Part shown: one piece after another, positions 53,234 to 62,535 of the stretch
How the letters are laid out: the number at the start of each line of letters is the position of its first letter
Numbering within the stretch: the stretch's first letter is position 1
From: an uncultured Acidobacteriota bacterium
GTDB taxonomy: Bacteria > Acidobacteriota > Thermoanaerobaculia > Multivoradales > SZUA-115
Direction of reading: 5' to 3'
Assembly (NCBI GenBank): GCA_963805975.1
Contig: CAWDVR010000005.1
Location: 576,001-640,000, forward strand
Length of the DNA stretch: 64,000 nt
Made by a program: the position numbers and the translations under genes
Notes under the pieces: generated by a model
Seen by the model: only the letters and a program-made list of their open reading frames with translations
What the model was told of the DNA's origin: nothing
Databases searched by the model: none

Positions 53234-54553
53234 ATGAGCAGGCATCTCACCTCTGCGGAGCTTGCAGGACTCTTGGAAGGCGTGGCATCGCGCGACCTCA
53301 TCGCGGAGTTTCTTGAGCATCATTTGGAGGTCTGCGAAATCTGTCGTGAGGAATACGAGCGCTTGCAGAGTGGCGACTCCGGCGAGACCTCCTGGCGGGA
53401 GGTAGTCGAGGTCGCCACGGCCCTTTCAGCAAAGCGAGCCGAACGCTTGGCGCGGCTGGAGCAGATAGCCCAGCGCGAATTCCGCGAACTCATGCGCCTG
53501 CCTTCTTCTTCCCGACGCTACAAGATCAACCGAGCCATCAACCGATTCAGGAGTCCGATCCTTGTGGATCTCCTTCTTGCCGAGAGTAAGCGGCAAGTCA
53601 CGAGCGATCCCTGGACAGCGCTCGCGCTTGCAGAGTGTGCATTCGATGGTGCCTTTAGGGTCTCGCATCGGGAGTTTGGCGAGGCATGGGCCATGACGTG
53701 CCTCGCGCGCGCTCACGCTCATCGCGGGAACGCGCTCCGAACGACGGGTGACTTCAAACAGGCAGATGACAGCCTCCTGTTGGCGCTCAAGATCTTTGAC
53801 CAGGACGGAAACAGAGACCCGCTCATCGAGGCCGAGATCCTCTCCTTCCTCGCGTCACTGCGCATGGACCAGCGTAGCTTCATCGAGGCCGAGGGGTATC
53901 TCGATATGGCGCGGGGTATCTATGAAAGGTTGAGCGAGCAGGCCCTCATCGCCCATATCCTGGTGCAGAAAAGCGTGGTCCTCTTCACCGCAGGAGAGTT
54001 TGACCGGGCGCTTGTTGTGGGCCTCGATGCTCTCGGTGCGATAGACCAGTCCACGGACCCGCGGCTCTACCTATCGGCCGAGCACAACTACACCTTCTTC
54101 CTCATGGAGGTTGGCCGCTACCGGGAGGCATGGGAGCGCCTCGAATCGCAGGCTCCTCTCTACGATGCGTTCCCGGACTCGTGGACTCAGCTTCGACGAC
54201 AGAGGCTCCAGGGCAACGTCCTCCGGGGCCTTGGTCGGCGCGATGAAGCCGAGGCAGCGCTCATCGCGGTGCGCGCCGGATTCGTCCGCGAGGGCCTAGG
54301 CTTCTATGCCGCCATTGCGGGCCTCGACCTTGCCTACCTCTATATCGAGGACAGGCGAACGGCAGAGGTCAAGAAGCTCGCCGAGGAGATGGTGCCCATC
54401 TTCATGGCCCAGGACATTCACCGCGAAGCCTCCGCAGCGCTCCTTCTATTCCAAGAGGCGGCGCGGCAGGAGACGGTCACCATCTCCATGCTCAAGGAGC
54501 TCATCGCGTACATGGGGCGGGTCAGGACAGAACCGGCGCGGAAGGTGTCGTAG
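53234..54553 (+). CDS. ZAS-like zinc finger plus TPR protein, copy 2
   Basis: SRHL...HLEVCEIC, TPR helices, C-terminus paralogous to 48626-49996. Confidence 0.82.
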   Translation: MSRHLTSAELAGLLEGVASRDLIAEFLEHHLEVCEICREEYERLQSGDSGETSWREVVEVATALSAKRAERLARLEQIAQREFRELMRLPSSSRRYKINRAINRFRSPILVDLLLAESKRQVTSDPWTALALAECAFDGAFRVSHREFGEAWAMTCLARAHAHRGNALRTTGDFKQADDSLLLALKIFDQDGNRDPLIEAEILSFLASLRMDQRSFIEAEGYLDMARGIYERLSEQALIAHILVQKSVVLFTAGEFDRALVVGLDALGAIDQSTDPRLYLSAEHNYTFFLMEVGRYREAWERLESQAPLYDAFPDSWTQLRRQRLQGNVLRGLGRRDEAEAALIAVRAGFVREGLGFYAAIAGLDLAYLYIEDRRTAEVKKLAEEMVPIFMAQDIHREASAALLLFQEAARQETVTISMLKELIAYMGRVRTEPARKVS

Positions 54554-54933
54554 TGGACGGCGCCGAGGAACTCCTGGCGTTCTGGATCGCGGAAGACCCT
54601 GATCCAGTCGATGTGTTCGAGGATCAGCTGACCGCGCTTCTAGGGGTGCATCGGCATCCTTCGATGTCCTATGACCTCTGGCGGCAGGTGCGGGTGGGGT
54701 TAATCGAGGCAGCGGGAGAGAAGGCGGATGAATTTGCGATCCAGGTCGAGGCAGCGATGACCGAAACCGATCGGGAGGCCGAGCTGAATCAGCGCCGCAA
54801 GACCCAATCGCGGACGAGCAGCCGAGATCACGGCACGACGAGCGTCCAGGCCGAGGTATCCCCCGACTCGAACCCATCCGCGAAGACAAGCGCGCACTCA
54901 TCGAGGAAGAGGCAGCGGACCCATTCCGGGTGA
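54553..54933 (+). CDS. Hypothetical protein (3' end overlaps nuclease gene)
   Basis: GTG start coupled to TPR stop; acidic helical sequence. Confidence 0.35.
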   Translation: MDGAEELLAFWIAEDPDPVDVFEDQLTALLGVHRHPSMSYDLWRQVRVGLIEAAGEKADEFAIQVEAAMTETDREAELNQRRKTQSRTSSRDHGTTSVQAEVSPDSNPSAKTSAHSSRKRQRTHSG

Positions 54934-55781
54934 TCGATGAGTGGATTGCGATTGCCCTGGAACATATACACGACCTCGTTTCGCCAGACCTCCTCGTCGC
55001 TCACGGGATCTTCGACGTGCCATGCCAGGAGATCGGCGAGAAGGCCCATATAGGCGACGGCGGCGTTCACGCCGCCCGAGGTCTGGATGAGCGACCCGTC
55101 GTCGGTGAGGATAAGATCCGGCTCGGCCGCCCCGGTTCCCCCGTGGGTGCCGCCCTCGTAGCGGATGTCCAAATAGAACTGCGCCCGCGCTACGTCTCCC
55201 CTTCGCCCGATCCACGTCTCCCAGGAACCAGTCGAGCCTGAGCCCGTCCGCCAGTTGGAGTTCCCCGGATAGGTGCCGGTACCGCCGCCTTGGCCGTTGT
55301 TCGCCTCGGTCGGCCGCTCCGCACAACCCGCTGGGCAGGCGCGGTAGGGGTTGTTGCCGCGGGAGCTGTTGTACCCGGAGTCCGATAAGAACAGGCCATG
55401 GCAGTCGGTATATGGGAGGTTGGTGCTGACGTCGTCCGGAAAGCCATAGCTATTGGGCCACGTGTGCTCGCGGTTGTAGAAGTCGTTGCCGCCGCCTTCC
55501 TTCGCGTAGCTCGCGTTCTTGTATACATCGAGGATGCGGCTCTCGTCCGCCGGATCCTCGTCGGCCATCTCGAGGATGTCCCACGTGTCCGTCGAGGAGG
55601 AGGTGTACGGAAACCGGATGTGGTCGTCGATCGCTTGGTGAAGGGTGGAGCGGAGAGTGGCCGAGCTGGTGTCGTCTATGGAGTCGTAATACCCGGCGGG
55701 TGGTTGGGCCACGAGCGTGCCGACGAAGCCGAGGCAGAGAAGGGCGAAGGCGGCCGTTCTCGGAATGCGGAGACGGAGCAT
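54828..55781 (-). CDS. Secreted endonuclease I/Bsn-type nuclease with FADGFESG C-terminal tag
   Basis: NREHTWPNS, TDCHGL, NSSRGN, RGDVARAQFY, QGNRNPLIDHPEW; VFADGFESGDTSAW. Confidence 0.88.
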   Translation of the reverse strand: MLRLRIPRTAAFALLCLGFVGTLVAQPPAGYYDSIDDTSSATLRSTLHQAIDDHIRFPYTSSSTDTWDILEMADEDPADESRILDVYKNASYAKEGGGNDFYNREHTWPNSYGFPDDVSTNLPYTDCHGLFLSDSGYNSSRGNNPYRACPAGCAERPTEANNGQGGGTGTYPGNSNWRTGSGSTGSWETWIGRRGDVARAQFYLDIRYEGGTHGGTGAAEPDLILTDDGSLIQTSGGVNAAVAYMGLLADLLAWHVEDPVSDEEVWRNEVVYMFQGNRNPLIDHPEWVRCLFLDECALVFADGFESGDTSAWTLVVP

Positions 55782-55891
55782 GTCCATCCTCCTCGCAGCA
55801 CAGGACTCAGGTTGGCTGTCTATCATGAGCCCGCACCTGCGCTTTGAGGAACATAGGGCGAGCAGCGAATAGAGAGTGTGTGGACTTGGAC

Positions 55892-56128
55892 TCAGCCTGG
55901 GTATCTCTCGGGGTCGTTGCCATATGTGTGCTCGGTCTGAATGCGCCCGTTCTGGCCCTTGATGATGAGCTGTCCCGGTTCAGCCGCGCGCGCCTTCTCC
56001 CGCCCGGCCTCTACCGCCTCAGCCTTGGTGTCGAAGTGAGCGACCGCACGAGCGGCACCCGGCTTCGTAAGATCCCAGCCGCCGCGCTTCGAGTTCGTCT
56101 GAACGATGAACTGCTGCCGCTGTGCCAT
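55892..56128 (-). CDS. DUF2188 family protein
   Basis: GGWD, FDTKAEAV..GR, LIIKGQNGRIQTEHTYGNDP. Confidence 0.85.
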   Translation of the reverse strand: MAQRQQFIVQTNSKRGGWDLTKPGAARAVAHFDTKAEAVEAGREKARAAEPGQLIIKGQNGRIQTEHTYGNDPERYPG

Positions 56129-56284
56129 GTGATCTCCCCCTGGAGCTTTTCTGGTTGACGTGTCTGCTGAGTATAAGGCATCAGAGCAAAGCCCTTGGCG
56201 GGCATCGCCTTCGAGGTCGCAAGGTACTCGCAGGCCCTGATATGGGAGCGCGCATATCGCACGCGCCCAGACTCAGGGAGAAAC

Positions 56285-56686
56285 ATGATGAACGAACTTG
56301 AAGTGCCGGACGCGCCTCGCTCGCAATACTCCTACGGCATTCGTGAGACGTTGCGGTGGAGGCTGAAGGATCCTGCCAAAGCTGCCGCGCTCGATGCACT
56401 GACAGAGATTGTGTTTGATTGGATCTATGAGACGGGCCAGTACGGCCCCGGCGGCCTAGAGGGATCTCTGTTTGCTCGGGAGGTACGGGCGATCACCGCA
56501 GATCTCCGGCATGCGATCTTCTGCTACGAGGAAGTGTCGCGGGCACACCTCGACGACGCCCTGCCGCCAGAGATAGAGAAGCTGGGGCGCCTGGCAGGGC
56601 ACTGGGCCAAGAGGCTGACGAAGGTGGCAGATGCGATCGATGCGACCTTGGCATCCGGACACTGGCCGTCTGAATCAGGCGTTTAG
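56285..56686 (+). CDS. Hypothetical protein
   Basis: GGGAG RBS, 133-aa helical ORF. Confidence 0.5.
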   Translation: MMNELEVPDAPRSQYSYGIRETLRWRLKDPAKAAALDALTEIVFDWIYETGQYGPGGLEGSLFAREVRAITADLRHAIFCYEEVSRAHLDDALPPEIEKLGRLAGHWAKRLTKVADAIDATLASGHWPSESGV

Positions 56687-56914
56687 AGACCTCGTTGGAC
56701 TTGAATGCGGGGGCGGCCCTCGCGGGTTCGCCCCGTTCGCTGCAGCGGTGTCCACGTGAAGATCTTCCGGCCATCCTCGTTTGTAGACGCTTCGAGAACG
56801 AGGAAAACCCCGGCCGGTGAAGGCGCAGGGCTTCTCTCGTTCCTGGGCTCCTCGGATGCGGGGGCATCCATCCCTTCCGTACCGGGCGTGGCGGAGGGTA
56901 GGCGTGGTTGCGCT

Positions 56915-56957
56915 TGACGGCCAGATTTGAACCGGCGACCTGTAGATTACGAATCTG
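56915..56957 (-). pseudogene. Degenerate 3' half of tRNA-Thr(CGT), probable old att site
   Basis: CAGATTCGTAATCTACAGGTCGCCGGTTCAAATCTGGCCGTC: anticodon arm plus T arm, no 5' half or CCA. Confidence 0.6.
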
Positions 56958-57275
56958 GTCCTTACCTGGCACCGCTCGGAAGCTGGCGGCTCCGACGCGT
57001 GGCAAACTATTGCCAGGTGAGGAGTTAGCCAGAGGAATACGCGGCCGTACACGTGCGGCATGTCCTATGCTGTGCGCAACTATTCAGGAGCGATGACCGC
57101 AAACAGTTGAACTCTGATATCTTCTGACGACGCGTATACCCTAAACTGAGGGAAGTGAGTCCGCGACTCCTGCCTTGGCCCACAAGGCGGCAGCATGAAC
57201 CCCTGTACTAGGATTACGAGCATGCAGCAGGTCCACCACCCCAAACCCTAGCACTCGAGGGAAGGAACCTACATC

Positions 57276-57791
57276 ATGCTCATGCCCCAACTTCCGACCC
57301 AAGCCCACCGACCCGCCCTCTCCCGAATCCTTGATCGAGAAGACCTGAGCGCGATCCTCGCGATTTACAAGCCAGAGCACAGATATGTCGCAGAAGCGAC
57401 CCTTCACGGTCGGGAGTTAACATGCTCGCTTCGTCAGGGTACTTATCCATACACTACTCACCAGATCTTCGACTACATCACAGCACCAACCTTGACCCTG
57501 CTCGCCTGCCAGATGACCTACGTCATGGTTGCGGGGCTGGTGCTTCTGGCCGACCCGATTACCGAGGCTATCGGTGGCTGGGATCGCTTTCTGCAACTAC
57601 GCAATGACGCTCACCTTCGGATAGGAACCATGGACGTACGCTTCGCCGAGGAGGTCAAGGCGGCAAAGTTCCTTCCGGCAACAATTAAGGTCCAAAGGTC
57701 CCATACGCTCCGCAGCGTCTCCCATTGCAGATTCGAGTTCTCTATCGGCAACGGAATCACTGGTACTATCCACGGTCTCATAATGAAATAA
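57276..57791 (+). CDS. FcoT-like hotdog-fold thioesterase
   Basis: ILAIYKPEHRYV, CQMTYVMVA, WDRFL, IGTMDVRF resemble FcoT/ScoD motifs (recalled, not searched). Confidence 0.5.
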   Translation: MLMPQLPTQAHRPALSRILDREDLSAILAIYKPEHRYVAEATLHGRELTCSLRQGTYPYTTHQIFDYITAPTLTLLACQMTYVMVAGLVLLADPITEAIGGWDRFLQLRNDAHLRIGTMDVRFAEEVKAAKFLPATIKVQRSHTLRSVSHCRFEFSIGNGITGTIHGLIMK

Positions 57792-57803
57792 GTCCTGATC
57801 GCC

Positions 57804-58460
57804 ATGGCAAACGGCCTTAACTATTGCGTAAAGGCGGAGACCGCCACGTTGGTGTTAAACACCATCTACGCGATTTTTTTGGGCCTCCTGTTCACCTTTT
57901 TCTTTGATCAGGACGTCCAGAATGGTGGCGTGTCGAGCGTCTACTTTCTAGTTTCAAAGAGGAACTGGATTCCCGTAGTATCGATCTCTATCTACTTTCT
58001 GCTCGACTGGCTCACAACCAATCTTACGGTAACGCTAAAGGGGGCCATGAACCACCTGCTCCTGATAGTGATGGTGCTGCTGATCAGTTATCTCGGCGGA
58101 TTAGTTGTCCTTGCCTTCGCCCCTCAGACCGAACTCTATCTGCTTTTTGCCATCTACGCGAGCATCGTGCCTTGGTGGGACCTTTTTCTCAAAGTCCGAG
58201 ACCCTTCATCAGCAGAAGGCGCCGCGATCACTAAAGCAAATCTTGTGTCGTGGGCACTGATACTGTGCAGGATATGCGTTGGTGTTTTCATGCTTCTGCA
58301 AGCGTCACTGGACAAGTGGCTAGATCATCCCGCCACCGGCCAAGGACTATCTAATGCACTCTTAATAACCTATGTTATTCTGAAACTCGTCCGCTACTTC
58401 GCCTATGTCCACTATGAGCTTGCCGCCTCCCGACAAACTGAGGCACTGATGCCACCATGA
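57804..58460 (+). CDS. Hypothetical multi-pass membrane protein
   Basis: About 6 hydrophobic segments; D..L.W-type motifs. Confidence 0.65.
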   Translation: MANGLNYCVKAETATLVLNTIYAIFLGLLFTFFFDQDVQNGGVSSVYFLVSKRNWIPVVSISIYFLLDWLTTNLTVTLKGAMNHLLLIVMVLLISYLGGLVVLAFAPQTELYLLFAIYASIVPWWDLFLKVRDPSSAEGAAITKANLVSWALILCRICVGVFMLLQASLDKWLDHPATGQGLSNALLITYVILKLVRYFAYVHYELAASRQTEALMPP

Positions 58461-59860
58461 TCACTCTACTTATCACTCTTGCTGCATACTATGCTATTAC
58501 ACTGACTATCGGTCTTGTAAAGACTCGGCGCTCGACTGCTGCCGAGTATGTACATGCCCCTAGATACTTTCGGCTGGCTTCCCACGGCGGGTCTACCTGG
58601 TAGGTACAGTCGTCGGCGGAGGGATGTTTCTAGGAGTAGCACAACTAGGTTTTGACTCTAGTCTCTCTGCCTTTGCGCTTGGAGTCAGCTGCCTGGCGGG
58701 ATCTCTAGTTTTCGGGCTCCTCGCGCCCTCCATTCGTCGCTGGGCACGGGACCACCAAGTTAGGACTCTGTTTGGGGTTTTCGAAGCGCTCTATCCATCT
58801 CGCGGTCGCCAGCCTTCGATGGAGGCCTTGTTCGCTGGAGCGACTCTGTTCGTCTTCTTCCTAATGCTAGCTGTCCAGTTTGTGGGAGTCGGAAGCTTCC
58901 TATCGTTTCGAGCGGGCATCAACCTTCCTCTTGCCGTTGCAATCGGATCAGCGGTAGTAGCGGTCATTTCGACGCTTATTTATTCAGTTGTCGGTGGTTT
59001 CAAGAGAGATGTCTTAACCGATCTGTTTCAGGTTGCTGCGATTATTATTGGCCTGGTTCCGCTTGTTCTCGGGTTGATAGACCATGACGCGCTCGATAAA
59101 GTCCAAAGTCTTCCTCCTGAAACCTTTCGCCTTGAATCGGAGCACCTTGATCTTTTTTTCTGGCTTCTGCTCTTCGTTGCGCCAACATTTTTGGTTCGCT
59201 TCGATCTCTGGCAGAGAGCAATCGCCGGCCAAGACGGATACTGCCGCCAGAAATGCTTTCTGGGCGAGTGGAGTCGCAAGCGCTATCTTCTTCTCTGTTT
59301 TTTTCGTGGAGTTGGACTTTTCGGTCGCGCTCTGGGACTCGAGAATCTCCCCACACATCGGCCTTGAAGTAATCAGTAACGTCGTGCCGACACATCTGCT
59401 GGGCTTGGTATTGGCAGCCTTCTTCGCTGCTGTGATGTCTTCGGCCGAATACGTTTCTTGGAGTCGCTGGATTGGCGTTGGCGAAGTGTACTATCTATCG
59501 TAAGAATGAGCTAGAAGTGCTCAGGACGACAAGATCTGAGTATCGAGACTTCGTTTTCTCGCCTTGTCGGTCGGCTTAGTTGCTTGTGCTTTCGCCTACC
59601 TCATCCGAGATATTGTCGATTTTTTGTTCGCTGCTGCCTACGGAATTCTGATAGTTTTTCTGCCGGCACTCATAGGAGGTATTGCGCGAAAGGACCCGCG
59701 AGAAATGGAGGCGCGCTGGAGTGCGATTCTCGGCCTGGTCACAGTTGTTCCTCTGCTGTTCGTTATCCCAACTGAGGCATTTCTGCCTGGGATTGTGGTC
59801 TCGACGGCAACCTATTTGCTTTTGGCGCGCAAGGCGAGACGACCCAGGTCCGGACCTTGA
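58457..59860 (+). CDS. Sodium:solute symporter family protein, frameshifted
   Basis: TVVGGGMFLG, YSVVGGFKRDVLTDLFQ, DLWQRAIAAK, AAFFAAVMSSA. Confidence 0.78.
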
Positions 59861-60049
59861 TCTTGATCTGCAGGACGGGTTAACCTCGCCGACTCATCGC
59901 TGATATCTGCCTTTCTCGTCGGATCTACAAACAACGTTTGTACACCCACGTGACCGCGTGACCGCTCCCGCACCACAAGGCACGGGCCAGAGACTAGCTT
60001 CCCCATCGCGCTCGGCATCCGTTCCTACTGGTACGTCGATCCGCCGAGA

Positions 60050-60200
60050 CTTTTCTTCCTCAAGGCCGCCCACCGGTGGCAGCACCTGTACGTGATCGGC
60101 AGGACCGGTTTCTGGAAGGCGACGCTCCTTCGGCACAGAGTACTCCAGCACCTATAGAACGGCTCGGCCTGGCGCTCCTTGATCCCGATGGCAACTCCCA
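60050..60200 (+). pseudogene. Remnant of VirD4/TraD/HerA-type coupling ATPase
   Basis: HLYVIGRTG.WKATLL...LQHL*NG/GLALLDPDG (broken Walker A region). Confidence 0.6.
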
Positions 60201-60459
60201 GAGATCTTGGACATGGTCCACACTCTGGCCACCACCATCCTCTGCACCGACTCCTGCACCGCTGCGGCATCCTGGCCATCCAGGGACAAAGCTACTCCCT
60301 CCTCCACAGCCGGGTGGTCCCACTTCCAAAGAGCACCTTGGAATATCTTTTTAGGGCTCGTTGGCAAGAGGCGATGGTACGGAAGCTACCTCGCCCAGCC
60401 AAGACAGATTCGGCTACGTCGTTTGAAGTAGAGTGAATGGCAATTCGCGCTAGGACACC

Positions 60460-60669
60460 AGAGAGAGCCCCGGCCGGTAACGGCACGGGGCTTCTCTCTA
60501 CGGAGCACAGCGACTCGTGGAACGCCACGAGGCCACGTGTCTCCGAAGGATGATCCGCGATCCAGGTCAAGAGCAGGGTTAGGGTGTCAGGTAAGCGCGC
60601 AGGAACGTCTGCCTGCTTGATCAGGCAGGTGTCGAAAGGCTTCGAGGTGTGCTCTGTTGAAGGGCACAA
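60460..60669. repeat. Copy A of an att-like arm of about 210 bp with hairpin
   Basis: Colinear imperfect match to 62536-62755. Confidence 0.85.
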
Positions 60670-60757
60670 GACGGTGACCTCTGCCGCTGTGGCGGCGGTC
60701 AGGGGCCGAAGAGGCCGTGATGTCCAGGATGCTAGATGGCTCATCCTGCAAGCGTAG

Positions 60758-60783
60758 AAAAAGGGCGCGCTAAGCACGCCCTG
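60758..60783 (-). terminator. Rho-independent terminator
   Basis: AGGGCG...CGCCCT followed by TTTT on the minus strand. Confidence 0.55.
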
Positions 60784-61082
60784 ACGCCGCCATCGAATCC
60801 TACATTTCCGGAGGCATGCTCTCGCAGCGATTGCTCCTGCGACTCTGGTTGCTTCGTGTCCTCTGGCGGGAATCGTGAATGAGAGCCGCGCGATGGTTTC
60901 TCGCGAACCCGAGATGATCCTCACGCGATCCTCTCCAATGCGCTCATACCGAAGCTTCTCGCTCTGTTGTTCGGCTTCTGGCATATGGCCTACCTCCGTG
61001 TTCGGATTGAATCTAGCTCCAGTATGCCACTGCGATTCTGAAATGCCAGCATTATCCCCGGCTCCCCTGGTAGCAGTCTGAT

Positions 61083-62147
61083 CTAGGAAGACGGTGGGGT
61101 TGCCCCTGTTGTTCGGTTGAAATTCGACCACTTCTCAACTATGGGATAGACAGCGAATGCAAGCGAAACGATCCACTCAGGGTCGTATCGCTCCACGAAG
61201 ACACCCTTAGAGGCGCTATCGAGACAAAGAAATCCGAGGAGATCCTTCGCATCCGCTTCCTCCGATCGCTTGATCGGCGCAACGATCGCACTGCGGTACG
61301 GCAGCGGCCAGTGGAGCCTGCGGAGCTTATTGGTAAAAAACGGAAATCGGATCTCTGGGGGTTTGTCGTAGATCTCAAAGCTGGTGTTCTGATAACTGCG
61401 TCGTGTCGGAAGGTCATTGTCGAAGAAAAAGCGAGTCTTCGCCCGATCTCTGTCCGACAGGACCCAGGCAAAGGCAGTATTGGCACGGAGCCAGTGCGTA
61501 GCGCCGTCCGTCTTTCTCTTTTTTGATTTGCTGTCTCGTACGAGCGTTGACACTGCAAGCTGAGGCTCGGTTGCCCCGGTCGCGCCGATCACCTTGATGC
61601 ACACCGCGCAACTTGTCCCGGTTATCATTCCAAAGGCAGCGGACAAGTTGTCACAAACCTTGCTCGCGCTTGTGGTCAGCTCGTTGACGGTCGTCAACTC
61701 TGAACTCTGACAGATATGGATTGCCTCTCGGAAGAACTCCGCTGCTTCCGCATAGCGCGCTTTTCGAGAGTAGCGGTACTCCTGGGCCACGGCGAGAGAG
61801 AACGAAACGAGGGCGAACAGAGCCAGCAGGGACATTCCCCACTTGCCCTCGGATCCGGTCCGGACCAGGTAAATATGGAGGAGGCCCCAGATGCTGGCGA
61901 AGCCGCCAGCGAGGCCGACAGACGAAAAGAGAAATCGACGGATGCCTATCACGCTAACTCGAGATGGCTCCTTACTCGCGGAGTTTAGCGAGAAGCGAGT
62001 AAGGCGGTCAAGTCCTCTGTCGAACCGTGCTCGTACAGATTCGCCGTTGTCCGCCTGGACAGCGGCAACAAGTCCTATCGCGGCTCTCCAGCCAGCAACC
62101 GACTCACCAAGCGGCCCGCAGAGGATACTGGAGCCAAGGAAGCTCAT
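61083..62147 (-). CDS. 2-TM protein with GAF-like C-terminal domain (start may be GTG 61952)
   Basis: Two TM helices; CAVCIK, NTAF, YRSAIVAPI, LLGFLCLDS. Confidence 0.65.
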   Translation of the reverse strand: MSFLGSSILCGPLGESVAGWRAAIGLVAAVQADNGESVRARFDRGLDRLTRFSLNSASKEPSRVSVIGIRRFLFSSVGLAGGFASIWGLLHIYLVRTGSEGKWGMSLLALFALVSFSLAVAQEYRYSRKARYAEAAEFFREAIHICQSSELTTVNELTTSASKVCDNLSAAFGMITGTSCAVCIKVIGATGATEPQLAVSTLVRDSKSKKRKTDGATHWLRANTAFAWVLSDRDRAKTRFFFDNDLPTRRSYQNTSFEIYDKPPEIRFPFFTNKLRRLHWPLPYRSAIVAPIKRSEEADAKDLLGFLCLDSASKGVFVERYDPEWIVSLAFAVYPIVEKWSNFNRTTGATPPSS

Positions 62148-62182
62148 GGCCGGTTAGCATATTACCACTTCCTGGCGTGGAC

Positions 62183-62198
62183 TGTGAGGAATCTCACA
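62183..62198. promoter_or_regulatory. CRP-family consensus site
   Basis: TGTGA-GGAATC-TCACA, near TG-G-TAATAT extended -10 on the minus strand. Confidence 0.45.
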
Positions 62199-62535
62199 GC
62201 CAGTGGGGATTCTTGAGGCGAGCGTGCTCTAGCACCTGAGCGCGGCAACGATCATCGGGTGGGAGAAGAGCGGCTTGCCGACTCTTGTCGTCCGCGGGGT
62301 CGTAGTGGCAGTGGCCGGCGGGATGCTAGGCAGCAGGCCTGGTGACAAGTGTGAGGCCGGAGATGCAATCCGAACGATGGTAGTGTGATTGTGGGGTATA
62401 GAGAGGCTTCGGTCGAGGCAGTGCTTGAGTGAGTAGGCGCTGCGAGGACAGATGTGACGCTAGCGTCGAGCGCGGCCGTGGAGGAGATGTCGGCCCTCGG
62501 CCTCAAGCTCTGGTCGCGATGGAAGATGCCTCACT

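Noticed and set aside
60292-61131. 279-aa ORF as a real gene
   Set aside because: It runs through a terminator and the att-arm repeat; at most the part from ATG 60984 is a small gene.
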